The notes beneath the pieces were generated by a model. That model searched no databases. It was not told the DNA's origin and was given only the letters and a program-made list of their open reading frames with translations. From contig CM022678.1 of assembly GCA_012295275.1 (NCBI GenBank), forward strand, positions 18,414,001 to 18,478,000: DNA of 64,000 nt, written 5' to 3'. This document shows positions 34,251 to 47,818 of this stretch, piece after piece. Made by a program: the position numbers and the translations under genes. Each line of letters begins with the position of its first letter. Position 1 is the stretch's first letter. This stretch comes from Chrysomallon squamiferum (Eukaryota; Animalia; Mollusca).

Positions 34251-36397
34251 TACTGTTTGTGGGTTTGCTAAAATTTTAGAAATAAAAACTGCTCTGGGTA
34301 TTAAACTGTTCATAATAAAATAAATGAAAAGTAAAACATTAAATCAAGGTGAAAAACATTTTGAACAAGGATGATATGTTTGTCAGTTATACCAAGCATA
34401 CATTTGAGTGTATTCTAAAATTTTAAAAATAAAACAGTTCTGGGTATTTGTGTGTTTATATTAAAATAATATTTTAAAAAGTATAACATTAAACCAAGGT
34501 AAAAAAAAGAATTTTTAACATTATATAGTTATTAGCAGTACTAAACATACACTTAAGTATGTGCTTCTGTGAGAAATATTGGAATTGACTATGATTATTA
34601 TCAGTGTAACAGAAAAAAAGAAACGAGAATCTGTCATTTTACAAGATGGTGTCTTGCTGTTTAGCCTGTTCAAGTGTCGCTAATTGTAGCTTGTAACAAT
34701 CCAGATAGATTTTTGAAGAAAGTACAGGATGTCATATGTGAAATTTTCTTTGTCATTTTCTTTTTTAATTTTAAAACAAAAGGGATCATAAATTAATGAT
34801 AGTCAAATGTGTAATATTCAAGTGAAAAATTCTGTGAGGAAAATTAATATTGTTAATTTTATTTAATAAAATTCAAGATTTTGTTTAACCTCCTTTTTAT
34901 ATAAGAATATCAAATAAATTTGTTTAGAATTTCATTTTTCTTCAGAATAAATCTCTTTAATACAGAAGTAATGATTTATTTCATTTTATCACTAACAAAC
35001 AAAAAGCTTTTTGGAACAGAGCTGTATTTTCTTGGATAAATTACTCATTATTTGCTTACAGAACAGATTACAAATATCCCAACTTACTGTTCTGGTGTTC
35101 AGCTCCCAGTTTACATTTAAAGGGTCCATTTTGAAATCAGTATACCTACAAAAAACAACATATTATTGTAATTTTGTGTTGACATATAGCAACACCACTG
35201 GTTTTTTTTTCTATATATAATATTAATAAAAAGAATATAATAATTTCTTTACCTAAAAATAATATTGCAGTGTTTTCTATATCTATACTATATATTATTG
35301 CAGAGTTTTAAAATGATAACTGTTAGCTTTTTCAGTGACTTGATTAAAAAAAAAAGTAATGGGAACAACATAATAGGAGAAAAGAGTAATATTTTCTGTA
35401 CTTATTAAAAATATTATTGCATTTTTGGTTACTGAAAGAGTTAAAATGATTACTATGTTATCTGTTTCTGTGATAAAGAAATAGAAAACCACAGAAGGAA
35501 AAAAGTGACAACAAACAGCAAAAATGCAAACTTTAAAATATAAAATAATTTAGTTTTATATGCATGATATAAACCGAAATTTACTTATTTATTATTGATT
35601 CATAAAATAAGTAAAAAAACATAAATGTACATGATAGTTTTTCTTTTTCTACTGTTTATTTAATAGTAAATTCTAGATAACAGCATTATCAACAGCAATT
35701 TATTCATAATACAGTAGTCAGTACATATTTATATATAATTATTGTCACAACTTTTCTGTTGTTATTATTGTTTATTTAATACTAAGCTACAAGCTATCCC
35801 AAATGTAAAGATACATTCATTCCAAAAGTTAATATTTATATTTTACTATTCAGTTCTTTATTTATTTACTTTCTTACAAAACACTTAAAAAATTATTTGT
35901 TTTTGTTTATTTTATTCATTTACACATTTTTACTTTATTTTTTAATACTAAAATATTTTTTTTTATCTAATTTCCTAATTTTATGTATTTAATAAATGGA
36001 TTACTTTCTGTAAGCCTGGTCATGCTTCAGCCCCTGTTTCATTATTCTTGTATATTTTAAATACATTTCCATAAGAAAATTAATTCCAAAGAGTTCCTTA
36101 TTTAATACAACTTAATTTGTAAAGATGAAGATGGACAATTAAATATAAATATGGTTAGAGGTAACCAGATAAATATAAACTACACAAGGATTGAAATATG
36201 AATAAAATATTTTCAGCAATGGCGAGTTTCCAACCTCAAAACCTTACGCCAGTTTACTCTAACTTCTAGAGTAGAATGAGATCAAATATCAGTTTATTTT
36301 GTTACGGTAACTTGTTGAAAAAAAACCAAAAAAAACCTAATTGAAAATCCGAACATAAAGCGAAACAGGGAAATAGGTAAAAATTACAAATGAATAC

Positions 36398-36429
<32 letters not shown>

Positions 36430-36930
36430 TCGTAAAAAACAAAAATGGTCGATCACGCTGAATGAATAGATTATTTAAATGAAACATTTAGACCTGTCTG
36501 CTTTCACATTATGCTTTGTATTTTACAAACAGCTTCCATATTTATTGTTTAATAGCTAATTCAAGTGAAGCGGGAGTGCCCGATTAGTGAAAAATAACCA
36601 CTGTGGAACGATAACTCTCTATGATCGTCTGCCGTCACAAACATCAACATTAACTATTCATGAACCATAACTCTTACTCAGGAATGATCTCATGTTCATC
36701 TATCTATCAACTGAATCAGGCATAAAACATAATATTAATCTCAATAAGCCTACCTCTATTAAGGTCTTCATAGAAAAAGAACACTTTATTGAACAGATAA
36801 TGCAAAGATAATTTAGATATCTCCTGAAATAAATTTTTGTAAACAACCTCAAAATACCGATACACGGAAAATGGATTTTTGAAAACTTTGAAATGCAATA
36901 TGTTTTACACTATTGCAGATATCTTCAAAA

Positions 36931-36968
<38 letters not shown>

Positions 36969-37123
36969 TCTGGGATTGGTTTTCTTTTAATTGGTATAGA
37001 ATACATCTTCATTTGACATTAAAAACAACAACAACAAAACAAAATAATAATAATAATAAAATGTATTAGCATTGCTAACAAATATAAAGTTACTTACAGA
37101 GAAATATAAACAAATTTACTATC

Positions 37124-37195
<72 letters not shown>

Positions 37196-39780
37196 CGCAT
37201 GGTTTGAGAAAAATACTGATTCTAAATAATTATTTCGAACATTAAATATATTAAATACGAAAAAATCAACATGCCTATCCTGGCATATGTTAGTTGTTGA
37301 CGCAATCATTATAATTCGGTTAATTTGAAGTATGTGTCAAGAATATTTACATAAAAAAAAAAAAGAAACGACAATATATCAATATATACATACATACATA
37401 ATTATACAACGAAAGTCTAAATGTGTCTGACAGTGTCAGTGACTTGGAATGAAAACAGGAACTGAAAAGAAGTCAAACAGGTCGAGACTTCCGGTGATGG
37501 TAATACACAAGTTCGCCATTAGCAAAACATGTAAACATAATTGAGCGTATAATTAAAAAAAAAGAGAAAAAAAAAAAAAAAAAAAAAAAAAGAAAGAAAA
37601 AGAAAACAATAACAACAACAAAAAAAAAAAAAAAAAAAATGAAATAAATAAAATATATGAAATAAAATAAAATTGAATGAATAAAATCAAAGCAAAGTCA
37701 AAATCAATTACTGATTTCTGTAGAAGCTGTTTGTACGTTACTGCTAAATGTTACCGAGTATAAAATTGATTATTCATTATTTTACGCACCTTATAAACAA
37801 CAACTTTATGGATAAATCGAAGTGTGGTCGTGCAGAACAAAAATATATTGACGTTTCATAATTCTTTTCATGAGTAAAAAATAAAATCATAAATATTTCC
37901 GTGTGATTTAATATATATATATATACATGTAAACCTTTGCTAATAATAAAATATAACAAGAATGTAAAGGAAAAACAAAATAATAATAGAAATTAAAATT
38001 TGCTTTATTTTATCATATATCATTCACTATAATAATAATAATAAAAAAAATAATAATAATGGTAATGATAATGATAATGAAAAAACAAATTAAAATAAAA
38101 ATAAAACAATATAAAATAGGTAATTTCTGTTTATATATTTCTATTGATATATATATATATATCACTGAAAATTTATATTCACAGACGATAAAGGAAAATA
38201 AACCCAAACAAATCAGCAAGGGCAAAATAAAAAGAAGAATATTAACAAGAGTATAAACAACATTTCTGTTCACTGAAAGATGAAAACGGAAAAAACGAGA
38301 AAGTACTGGGTTGGAACAAAAGATTGTAGCATTATTCACGTAATTCAATAGATGTCGCTTGAAAACTTTATTTTTTTATCTTTTTTTTTTCAGTGACAGA
38401 AAAAGATGAACGAAACGGCACATATGTGGTTGAATAATTCTTTGAATCTACTTTGAATCTCAGTTAAACAAACGTTATAAACCTTTCTTCCAACCAATAC
38501 AAACACACCCAATGACTATGAAGTTTGCAAAACGTGTTTGTATATTTGTTCATAAATAATGCTCTTTAATAAAGAATAAGACAGTTATTTCAAAGTATAT
38601 ATATATATAAATAAAAAATGTCTTCTTTTTTGTTGTTTTTTTTTGTTTATTTGTTCAGACGAAAAAACTTAATCAAGAAATAATAAGAACTACAATCACT
38701 TTGAAATATACGTATTTTGTGTAGTTTGTTTTGTTTAAGGACCGAGAACATACTTCATGAAGAAAGAAAAAAAAAAAAAAAGAGTTAGGCTTACTTCAAA
38801 GTATAACGGATTTAATTAGGCATTTTAAGATAAACAGCTGGCGTAGGAGCGGGCATAGGAGCGGGCGAAGGAGCAGTCAACCCCCCACCCAGAGATTGCC
38901 CACCAGCCGTTCACGTCATTGACACATTTTCAGTTATCATAGACTGGTTATAATTATTTGAACGCTTTAACATTATTCTAAATAGACTGGTAAATTTTCG
39001 GCTAGTTAACGAACAGAGATTATGCGTTGACAAAAGCCCTTACAACCCCCCTATCACCCACCCCCGTCTGATGTTCTCATTTAGGTAGGGATTCGTGTTG
39101 TGGTAAATGTTTTATTTTATTTTATTATTATTATTTATTTTTTTTTTTTTTGTACAAAATGTAGCGCTTTTATTTGCTTCTGTTATTAAAAGACGTATAA
39201 ACATTTTGTGAATGAAACAATTAACAAAAGAGCATAACCAAAGAATATGTATAGATTATTTTATCAAACGAAAAATTTAACTAGAAACAAATAACAACCT
39301 GAAGCAGTTACTTAGAGTTTTACAATATATATTTAGATTAATTATTACACTACAATAGGGTTATTTTAACTAAAAATTTGTTCTAGCTCAACAAAATATA
39401 TTTCCGCGACGTTTTAGATAATTGATAATAGCCATTATCTATTCACTTTAATATTGAATAAAACAACACTCAGAAGTAGAATTTAAAAAAATAATAATAA
39501 CAATAACAAAAAAAAGAGAAAAAATAGAACTAATAAACGAATACAAAATTGAAAAAAATCGATATTGGTTATTTGTTCTGTACATATTTACTAATTATAA
39601 ATGAAAACTGTTGTTCTCTGGTTTTGATTTTTTGTTTCACACACACACACACACGATTACTATATATGAAATATAAATATAAATAATTTCAATAATAACA
39701 ACAAAATAAAATAATTATAAATGAAAACTTTTGTTCTCTGGTTTTGTTTTGTCTTCTTTCCTCTGATTTCAAACTAAATT

Positions 39781-39871
<91 letters not shown>

Positions 39872-40271
39872 TAATTATAAAAAACAAAACAAAACAAAAC
39901 AAAAAAAAATCCCTCAAATAATGAGAAAACATTACTCTATCGGATTAGTAGGAAAGTAATAGAAGACTTTAATTCCAAAACTCGATAAACACCAAAATCA
40001 AATAATTAAAAAAAAAAAGCCACCGAAAGTTCAGCTTTTGACGGCTGTTCAACGCCACATAATCCTTTTCATCAAAATTCTTTATCTGCCGCTGATCTAC
40101 GCAGTAGACTATAGACCTTCGTTACATAACACGATAATCTCCAGAGCAGAAATAGTCATTTCTATCAAAACAAAGAAAATGGATTTATCGCGTTTTGGAA
40201 CCAAACACTTCATTTATTATAAGCACCAGAAACAACATAAAACATATTACAACCACTGCTGTGTTAATTAG

Positions 40272-40330
40272 ACAGTGGTTCCACCAAAGGGATCGATCCT
40301 ATGACTCTGCGAACATCGAATGGATCAGCC
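40272..40330 (-). mobile_element. Possible tRNA-derived SINE head fragment (B-box-like)
   Basis: Minus strand reads GTCATAGGATCGATCCCTTTGGTGGAACCAC, a B-box-like GGATCGATCCC. No cloverleaf can be built. Confidence 0.3.
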
Positions 40331-41217
40331 AGTGTTTTAACAGCTATTAATATTAAAATGTGTTTAGTATATGTCGTTAAACTTGCATTCGTTCAGCTTT
40401 CTCTTCCTTCTTTCTGTCATTCATTTATTCCTTCTGTCATTCTTCATTCATTTTTATACCGTATCCAGTAATATAAATGAAAACATATTTATTATGGTTA
40501 TGATTATGATTATGATTATTATTATTATTATTATCACCTTTGTTATTATTATCATTGTTATTGTTATCTTCATCAGCATCATCATCATCATCATCATTAT
40601 TATTATTATTATCATCATCATCATCATTTAATATTTATTTTATTTATTTATTTAATTAAGTTATTTTATTTACTTCTTATTAATACTATTATACAATGAT
40701 AAAAAGCAGTGATTTAAATATCATTAGCATAATTAGTTTTCAGTTATTACTTTTGTTATAATTTACTTATTTGTTTGTTTGATTGCTAAATTTTTTAAAT
40801 TTATTATTTTTATTTTTTTATTTTTTTAATTTTCTTACTATTATCAATATTATACAATGATAAAAGCTGTGATTTGAATATCAATAACACAGATACTCTT
40901 CAGCAATAACTTTTGTTGTGAAAATCAATGCCTATCCCAAGTAACACGAAATCACACTTGTTTTTCGATTAATTTATTTTGAAGGTTATGAACTACATTG
41001 TCACACATATAAAGTTCTGATCTAAACCGGAAGCTGTGTCCTCCATTTTCCTTTTGTGCCGCGTGCAAATAGTGTACAGTGAGGCTGAGACAAAAAACAA
41101 CAAAACAAAACGAAAACAACAAAACAAGTTCTAGCATTAAATTTCATAAAAAGAAAAAAAAAAAAAAAAAAAAAAAAATTATAAAAGAGACACTGCCTAT
41201 AACTATTTTTAACTACT

Positions 41218-41282
41218 GGGGGGGGGGGCGTGTTTCATCATAGTTAGATGTAGCTAAGGCTTTCGTTACTATGGGCGTGGTT
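41218..41282 (+). promoter_or_regulatory. GC-box (Sp/KLF-type) promoter elements of lectin copy E
   Basis: GGGGGCGTGT (about 41224-41233) and GGGCGTGG (41273-41280), 90-150 bp upstream of ATG 41373, in otherwise AT-rich DNA. Confidence 0.45.
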
Positions 41283-41372
41283 TGTCTTAATTTGATATAT
41301 CGAAAGTGTTGGTTGTGAAGAAAACGTTTACTTTGTTTCGTTTGAACAGCAGAAGAAAAAGACTACAACAAC

Positions 41373-41524
41373 ATGAGCTTAAATTGGATTTACCATTTTA
41401 TCTTTCTGGCTTTTTTAACTAACGTTCTTGTCATTTTTGGTAAGTATATATATATGTAGGGTTTTTTCTGTCTTTCTTTCTTTCTTCTTCTTTTTCTTCT
41501 TCTTTTCTTCTTCTTCTTCTTCTT

Positions 41525-41555
<31 letters not shown>

Positions 41556-41842
41556 TTATTATTATTATTATTGTAATATTATTAACGAAGCTTCTTCATT
41601 TGTTTTTTCCTATCTCTCTCCATCTCTCTATCTCTATCTGTGTCTGTCTACTCACTCTCTCTCTCCTGTCTGTAATTTTATTTGTCTTTATTGTCATTTT
41701 TGTTTACTGTTCAGTATTATAAAATCACGCATAGACAAAACGAAAGATAGACAGATTTATTACCAGAACACGCACATGCAGACACACACACTCACGCACA
41801 CGCAGACACACACACAGACACACACACAGACAAACACACACA

Positions 41843-41899
<57 letters not shown>

Positions 41900-44106
41900 G
41901 ACAATCACTGTACAAGGTGACAAGATGTGATGATTAGATAAATTTCTGTCGTTTCGGTCACAGAAAAACAACAACAACAAAAAAAAAGAACAAAAAAAGA
42001 AGAAATTACAGCTTTCTTGGACGGAAATATATTTACTACGACACACACACACACACACACACACATACACACATTTTTATGTATTATTCGTAGTAGTTAT
42101 TTCTTTATTGTTTAATTGTCGATTCAGGTTTTAAAAACAAAATTTAAATCAGTTTTCATCCAAAATGTAACAAATAAATTATTGTAAATCTACTATTTTT
42201 CAGATTGGTGAGCTGAGATATAAAACAATTGCCTTCATTTAGTCTGTGTACTCTTACAAATTGCATAACAAAAGAAATAACTGATTACTGCGAAGGTTAG
42301 CATTGCCCGGTTTATCGATTGTCCTGTTTATCGATTGTCCGGTCATTCGATCCTGAGCTGGATAAAACTGATACCCAAACTAGTGTTACCAGTTATTTCT
42401 TATATAAACAGAGAGATATACAAATAGATAAATATACAGTGGTACCTCGACTTACGAGTGCACCACCTTATGAATTTTCCGAGTTACGAGTATTCCGCAA
42501 AGGCGTTTTTGCTTTGAGCTGCGAGCCAAAATCCGAGTTCCGAGCTAACGAACAACACAACACCAACCAAAGATCCCGCGCCTCTCTCGTTTGTTTCACG
42601 TGTTTATCGCCGTTGAAACATCTCCGTTGTGTTGTGTTCGCCTTTTGTGCAGTATTTTGCCAAATTTCTTTTTTCTGACCGTGGATTGAAAGAGAAAGTG
42701 AGTGCAAAGTTCTGTGCGGAGAAAAGGAGGGGATGATGTCCATTGAATTAAAGCTTCAATTCGTAGAGAGATATGAGCGAGGTGTGCATGTAGTCGACTT
42801 GGCTAGGCAGTACGAGCATAGTACTTCTACGCTATGCACCATACTGGAGCTGAAGGACTCGATAAAGGCTGTAAACTCCAGCCAAAGGCGTTAAAATAAT
42901 TTGTCCTGATCTCCAAGATAAACACACTTTTCAAAACCAATTTAGTTCTTTATTATTATTATTATTTTTCATTTATAAATACATTTTTCTTATTTAAAAA
43001 CACGTTGCAAAAAATGGGGTGTTGTTTTGGGGTGGCTGAAACGGATTAATGAGTTACGGAACGAATTAAACTCGTAAGTCAACGTACCACTGTATGTATG
43101 TATGCATGTATGTATGTATGTATGTATGTATGTATGTATGTATGTATGTATGTATGTATGTATGTATGTATGTATGTATGTATGTATATACTAGATACAT
43201 AGATTATACAGACAGGCTAAGTTTATATAAGACAGACTGGCAGATAAATGTCACATTTTGTTCTATACTTGCAGCGGACGGATCCACTAACTTAGCTCTT
43301 GGGAAACCTACGAAGCAATCGTCTACGTACTATTTAACAGGCGTCTTTACATCTTCTTATGCAGCTGTGGACGGAAATACTAATCCATACTTTTTAAACA
43401 GCTCGTGCACACATAGTTATGGAACTGAAAACCAATGGTGGGAGGTAGACTTGCTCGGGTTTTATTTCATTCAGACGATTTCTATTGTCAACCGTGAAGA
43501 CTGCTGCGGTAAGTCTTTACTAACAATAAAGTTTATTTATTTTATTATTATTATTGCTTTTATTATTATTATTATGATTATGATTATTATTATTATTATT
43601 ATTATCATCATCATCATCATCATCATCATTTTTATTATTTTTATTTTGGTATTTACTTCTATTTATTTATTAATTTATCAATTATTATTATTATTTATTA
43701 TTTTTTAAATAAGTATTTAATAATTTCATAGACAGCTATGTATATAATATGCATGTATGTGTGCATGTATGTCTATCTATATATAATACACACATATATA
43801 AAACACATAAATCTATTTTGCGATTAAACCTCAACCTTTGCTACAAATAAAGTCTAAGAGTACAAATATCCATTATGAAGAAATATTTAACATATTTAGT
43901 GTTATGTGTTTCTAACTCAGCGTCAAACAACGGTAATAGGCATTTATTCTGAAGCCAAAATAACGTCGTTTGAGAATGAATGCCCAGTATTTCGTTCATA
44001 GAAGTAATAATGAAAATAGCAGCTGTATTAATATTAATTGTCGTTGTAATATTAATATTAGTACTAATATTAGTATATTATTTTTAGTAGTAGAGGTAGC
44101 AATAGC

Positions 44107-44150
<44 letters not shown>

Positions 44151-44181
44151 CAGCAGCAGCAGCAGTAGTAATATCATTCGT

Positions 44182-44212
<31 letters not shown>

Positions 44213-44629
44213 TCTATCTATTTATTTATTTATTATTTGTATCTTTATTTATTTATTTTATTTTATGTCTTCTACTTTTTCTTCTTCTTCTTTACATCAG
44301 GCTACAGATTACGAAACTTCACTATATTCACGTACGTTGAAAACAGCGCCCCCAGTGAGTGTATCACTTACACTGAACCAGTGGCAAACGGGGAGACAAT
44401 CTCTCTTCACTGCGGCAACGTAACACCTGCGAGATACGTAAAAATATTTCTTCCTCAAGGTTATCTATCGCTTTGTGAAGTGATGGTGTTTGGTTGTGAC
44501 GCCAAATATTCTGGTGAGTTAAGAAACAAATATGATTTACGAAGTAGACAAGATAAAAAAAAAAATATATATATAGATACATACACACACATGCACATTT
44601 TTCTTTTCATTTCTTTCTTTTGATGAATC

Positions 44630-44668
<39 letters not shown>

Positions 44669-45267
44669 TTAAATTTTATTATTCTAATTATTATTATAAT
44701 ACAAACATTGCGCACAGTTTGAATGTGTTTAGTTAACAGACTGTAAAACAAACAGGAGACACTCAAATTTCAAAGGATGGCAGAATGGGAAGCTATCGAT
44801 TCTGAAAATATATAAAACAAAGTTCAGCTCTGACAGAAACTGACAAATGGATGACATGCTAAAGGTGGAAGCAACTGCCTCTTCAAAATCTCGTCTACAA
44901 GGATTAACTGAGAAATTACAGTCAATAAATCATCTGAGTGATGCTATCTGCATTTAACATAAAGTTCTTCTTCTTCTTCTTCTTCTTCTTCGTATTATTA
45001 TCATTCTTATTATTTTCAGCTTCTTCTTTCCACGGAAACTTTGGACAGGTGTTTTCGCCGTCTGCTCAGATAGAAGGAAGATTTACAAAACGGCAGTGTT
45101 CACTGATGTGTAATGGCAGTCCTACTTGTTTTGGATTCAACTACTTAAACGCAACACAACAATGTCATCTTGTGTCTTTTCCCGTTCCAACGTCAACACA
45201 GCTGCAGTTTTGGGTCTTTTATCAACGTAAACCCTTACTTGAAAACACTCAGTGTTCGCTTCATTAA
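41373..45267 (+). CDS. Signal peptide + F-type lectin + PAN/apple-like protein, copy E (253 aa), inverted relative to A-D
   Basis: Exons 41373-41439 (MSLNWIYHFIFLAFLTNVLVIF, phase-1 donor GTAAGT), 43275-43508, 44301-44513, 45020-45267 (67+234+213+248 = 762 bp, open). Motif H-X26-REDCCGYR. Exons 2-4 are secure; exon 1 is assigned by phase and hydrophobicity. Confidence 0.88.
42437..43092 (+). mobile_element. Internally deleted Tigger/pogo (Tc1-mariner superfamily) DNA transposon, 656 bp
   Basis: 23-bp TIRs CAGTGGTACCTCGACTTACGAGT / ACTCGTAAGTCAACGTACCACTG (2 mismatches) with TA on both sides. Remnant from 42733 reads MMSIELKLQFVERYERGVHVVDLARQYEHSTSTLCTIL, a CENP-B/TIGD N-terminal HTH. No DDE domain. 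Confidence 0.9.
43093..43187. repeat. (TATG)n microsatellite abutting the right TIR
   Basis: Starts at the TA target-site duplication. Confidence 0.9.
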
Positions 45268-45770
45268 AAACTGTTTGTACCTCGACTAAAGTTTGCGCAA
45301 AATTAGAATTTTTTGTTTATTTCTTGGATTCAGTGTTAGTGAACGCGACACGTCAAAGTGTTCAGCTGGCTAAAGGCGATTTGTTGAAATTTGTCTTTTA
45401 CTAATTCATGTTTCGTACAGATAATAAAGAGAAGTGTATATATATATAATAATATGTGTCTTTCTCTTTCTCTCTCTATGAAAGTAGACGTGTAGAATTC
45501 GACGGTGAATTTTGTACTTTTGTGTCCGGAATACAGCTCATGGAAGAAGAAATAATGTTTTATCTTTTGAACATTTTTTATATTTTAAAACACACACACA
45601 CACATATAAAATCAGACATACACACACAAAAAAAGAATAATAACAAAAATGAAAAAATAAACACACACCCACATAAAAGAAAAAAGAAACCCATTTATTG
45701 GTCTATACATTCTTTACCTCTTTATGTGTGTGTTTGTGTGTGAGTGTCCATATCTATAATCTATTTCTAC

Positions 45771-45853
<83 letters not shown>

Positions 45854-45929
45854 CGTCCATCCATCCATCCATCCATCCATCCATCCATCCATATATGTTT
45901 GCTTAGCAAAAGCAATATTCACCGCTCAA

Positions 45930-45964
<35 letters not shown>

Positions 45965-46058
45965 ATAATAATAATAAAATTGACAATAATAATAACATTA
46001 TAGAGAATGTTTGCATTATGAATGTGCGTACTTGAGGAAAAGCTCTGCCACACGCAAA

Positions 46059-47334
46059 GTGTGATTCTATCAGCAAGTTATCTCTAACTTGTACTTTCTC
46101 ACTGCCTTTCATAAATTCAGTGTGATTCTATTAGTTATCAGCAAGTTATCTCTAACTTGTACTTTCTCACTGATGTGCAGCCTTTCATAAATTCAGTGTG
46201 ATTCTATTAGTTATCAGCAAGTTATCTCTAACTTGTACTTTCTCACTGATGTGCAGCCTTTCATAAATTCAGTGTGATTCTATTAGTTATCAGCAAGTTA
46301 TCTCTAACTTGTACTTTCTCACTGATGTGCAGCCTTTCATAAATTCAGTGTGATTCTATTAGTTATCAGCAAGTTATCTCTAACTTGTACTTTCTCACTG
46401 ATGTGCAGCCTTTCATAAATTCAGTGTGATTCTATTAGTTATCAGCAAGTTATCTCTAACTTGTACTTTCTCACTGATGTGCAGCCTTTCATAAATTCAG
46501 TGTGATTCTATTAGTTATCAGCAAGTTATCTCTAACTTGTACTTTCTCACTGATGTGCAGCCTTTCATAAATTCAGTGTGATTCTATTAGTTATCAGCAA
46601 GTTATCTCTAACTTGTACTTTCTCACTGATGTGCAGCCTTTCATAAATTCAGTGTGATTCTATTAGTTATCAGCAAGTTATCTCTAACTTGTACTTTCTC
46701 ACTGATGTGCAGCCTTTCATAAATTCAGTGTGATTCTATTAGTTATCAGCAAGTTATCTCTAACTTGTACTTTCTCACTGATGTGCAGCCTTTCATAAAT
46801 TCAGTGTGATTCTATTAGTTATCAGCAAGTTATCTCTAACTTGTACTTTCTCACTGATGTGCAGCCTTTCATAAATTCAGTGTGATTCTATTAGTTATCA
46901 GCAAGTTATCTCTAACTTGTACTTTCTCACTGATGTGCAGCCTTTCATAAATTCAGTGTGATTCTATTAGTTATCAGCAAGTTATCTCTAACTTGTACTT
47001 TCTCACTGATGTGCAGCCTTTCATAAATTCAGTGTGATTCTATTAGTTATCAGCAAGTTATCTCTAACTTGTACTTTCTCACTGATGTGCAGCCTTTCAT
47101 AAATTCAGTGTGATTCTATTAGTTATCAGCAAGTTATCTCTAACTTGTACTTTCTCACTGCCTTTCATAAATTCAGTGTGATTCTATTAGTTATCAGCAA
47201 GTTATCTCTAACTTGTACTTTCTCACTGATGTGCAGCCTTTCATAAATTCAGTGTGATTCTATTAGTTATCAGCAAGTTATCTCTAACTTGTACTTTCTC
47301 ACTGATGTGCAGCCTTTCATAAATTCAGTGTGAT
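46059..47334. repeat. 76-bp tandem repeat, 17 units
   Basis: Unit GTGTGATTCTATTAGTTATCAGCAAGTTATCTCTAACTTGTACTTTCTCACTGATGTGCAGCCTTTCATAAATTCA. Starts at 46120, 46196, 46272 and so on. First unit is 61 bp; the unit at 47108 is 68 bp. Confidence 0.96.
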
Positions 47335-47676
47335 ACTGACAATGATAAAAACGATAAGGAGCAGTGCTTCTTTAATAAATCTCTCTCTCTCTCTCTCTCT
47401 CTCTCATTAAAGCACTAATGTTAAAATGTTTCTGTAATTAATATAGATGACTGTCTGTTAATTATAGTACCACTGAAAGCAAAACCTTTTCAAATACAGT
47501 TTAAAGGCTGAGTCTACATTTCTCCCATTCGTATTTTAAAGCCGGTTGTTAACGAACTAAAAAGCATGAGTTATCAGCTGCTGAATTTTGAACTGCACTT
47601 CGTCTTTAGATCATGTGAAATTATATACAGTTAAAACACATACAGACACAAACAAGTGAACAGATATGTACATTCA

Positions 47677-47818
<142 letters not shown>

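Noticed and set aside
38836-38895. MITE terminus (GCTGGCGTAGGAGCGGGC repeats)
   Set aside because: No matching inverted end or target-site duplication found.
42319-42743. ORFs of 119 aa and 91 aa in intron 1 of E
   Set aside because: Incidental frames across the GC-richer transposon; the real remnant is the HTH frame from 42733.
46059-47334. CRISPR-like regular array
   Set aside because: Units are contiguous and identical with no unique spacers; no cas genes; eukaryotic context.
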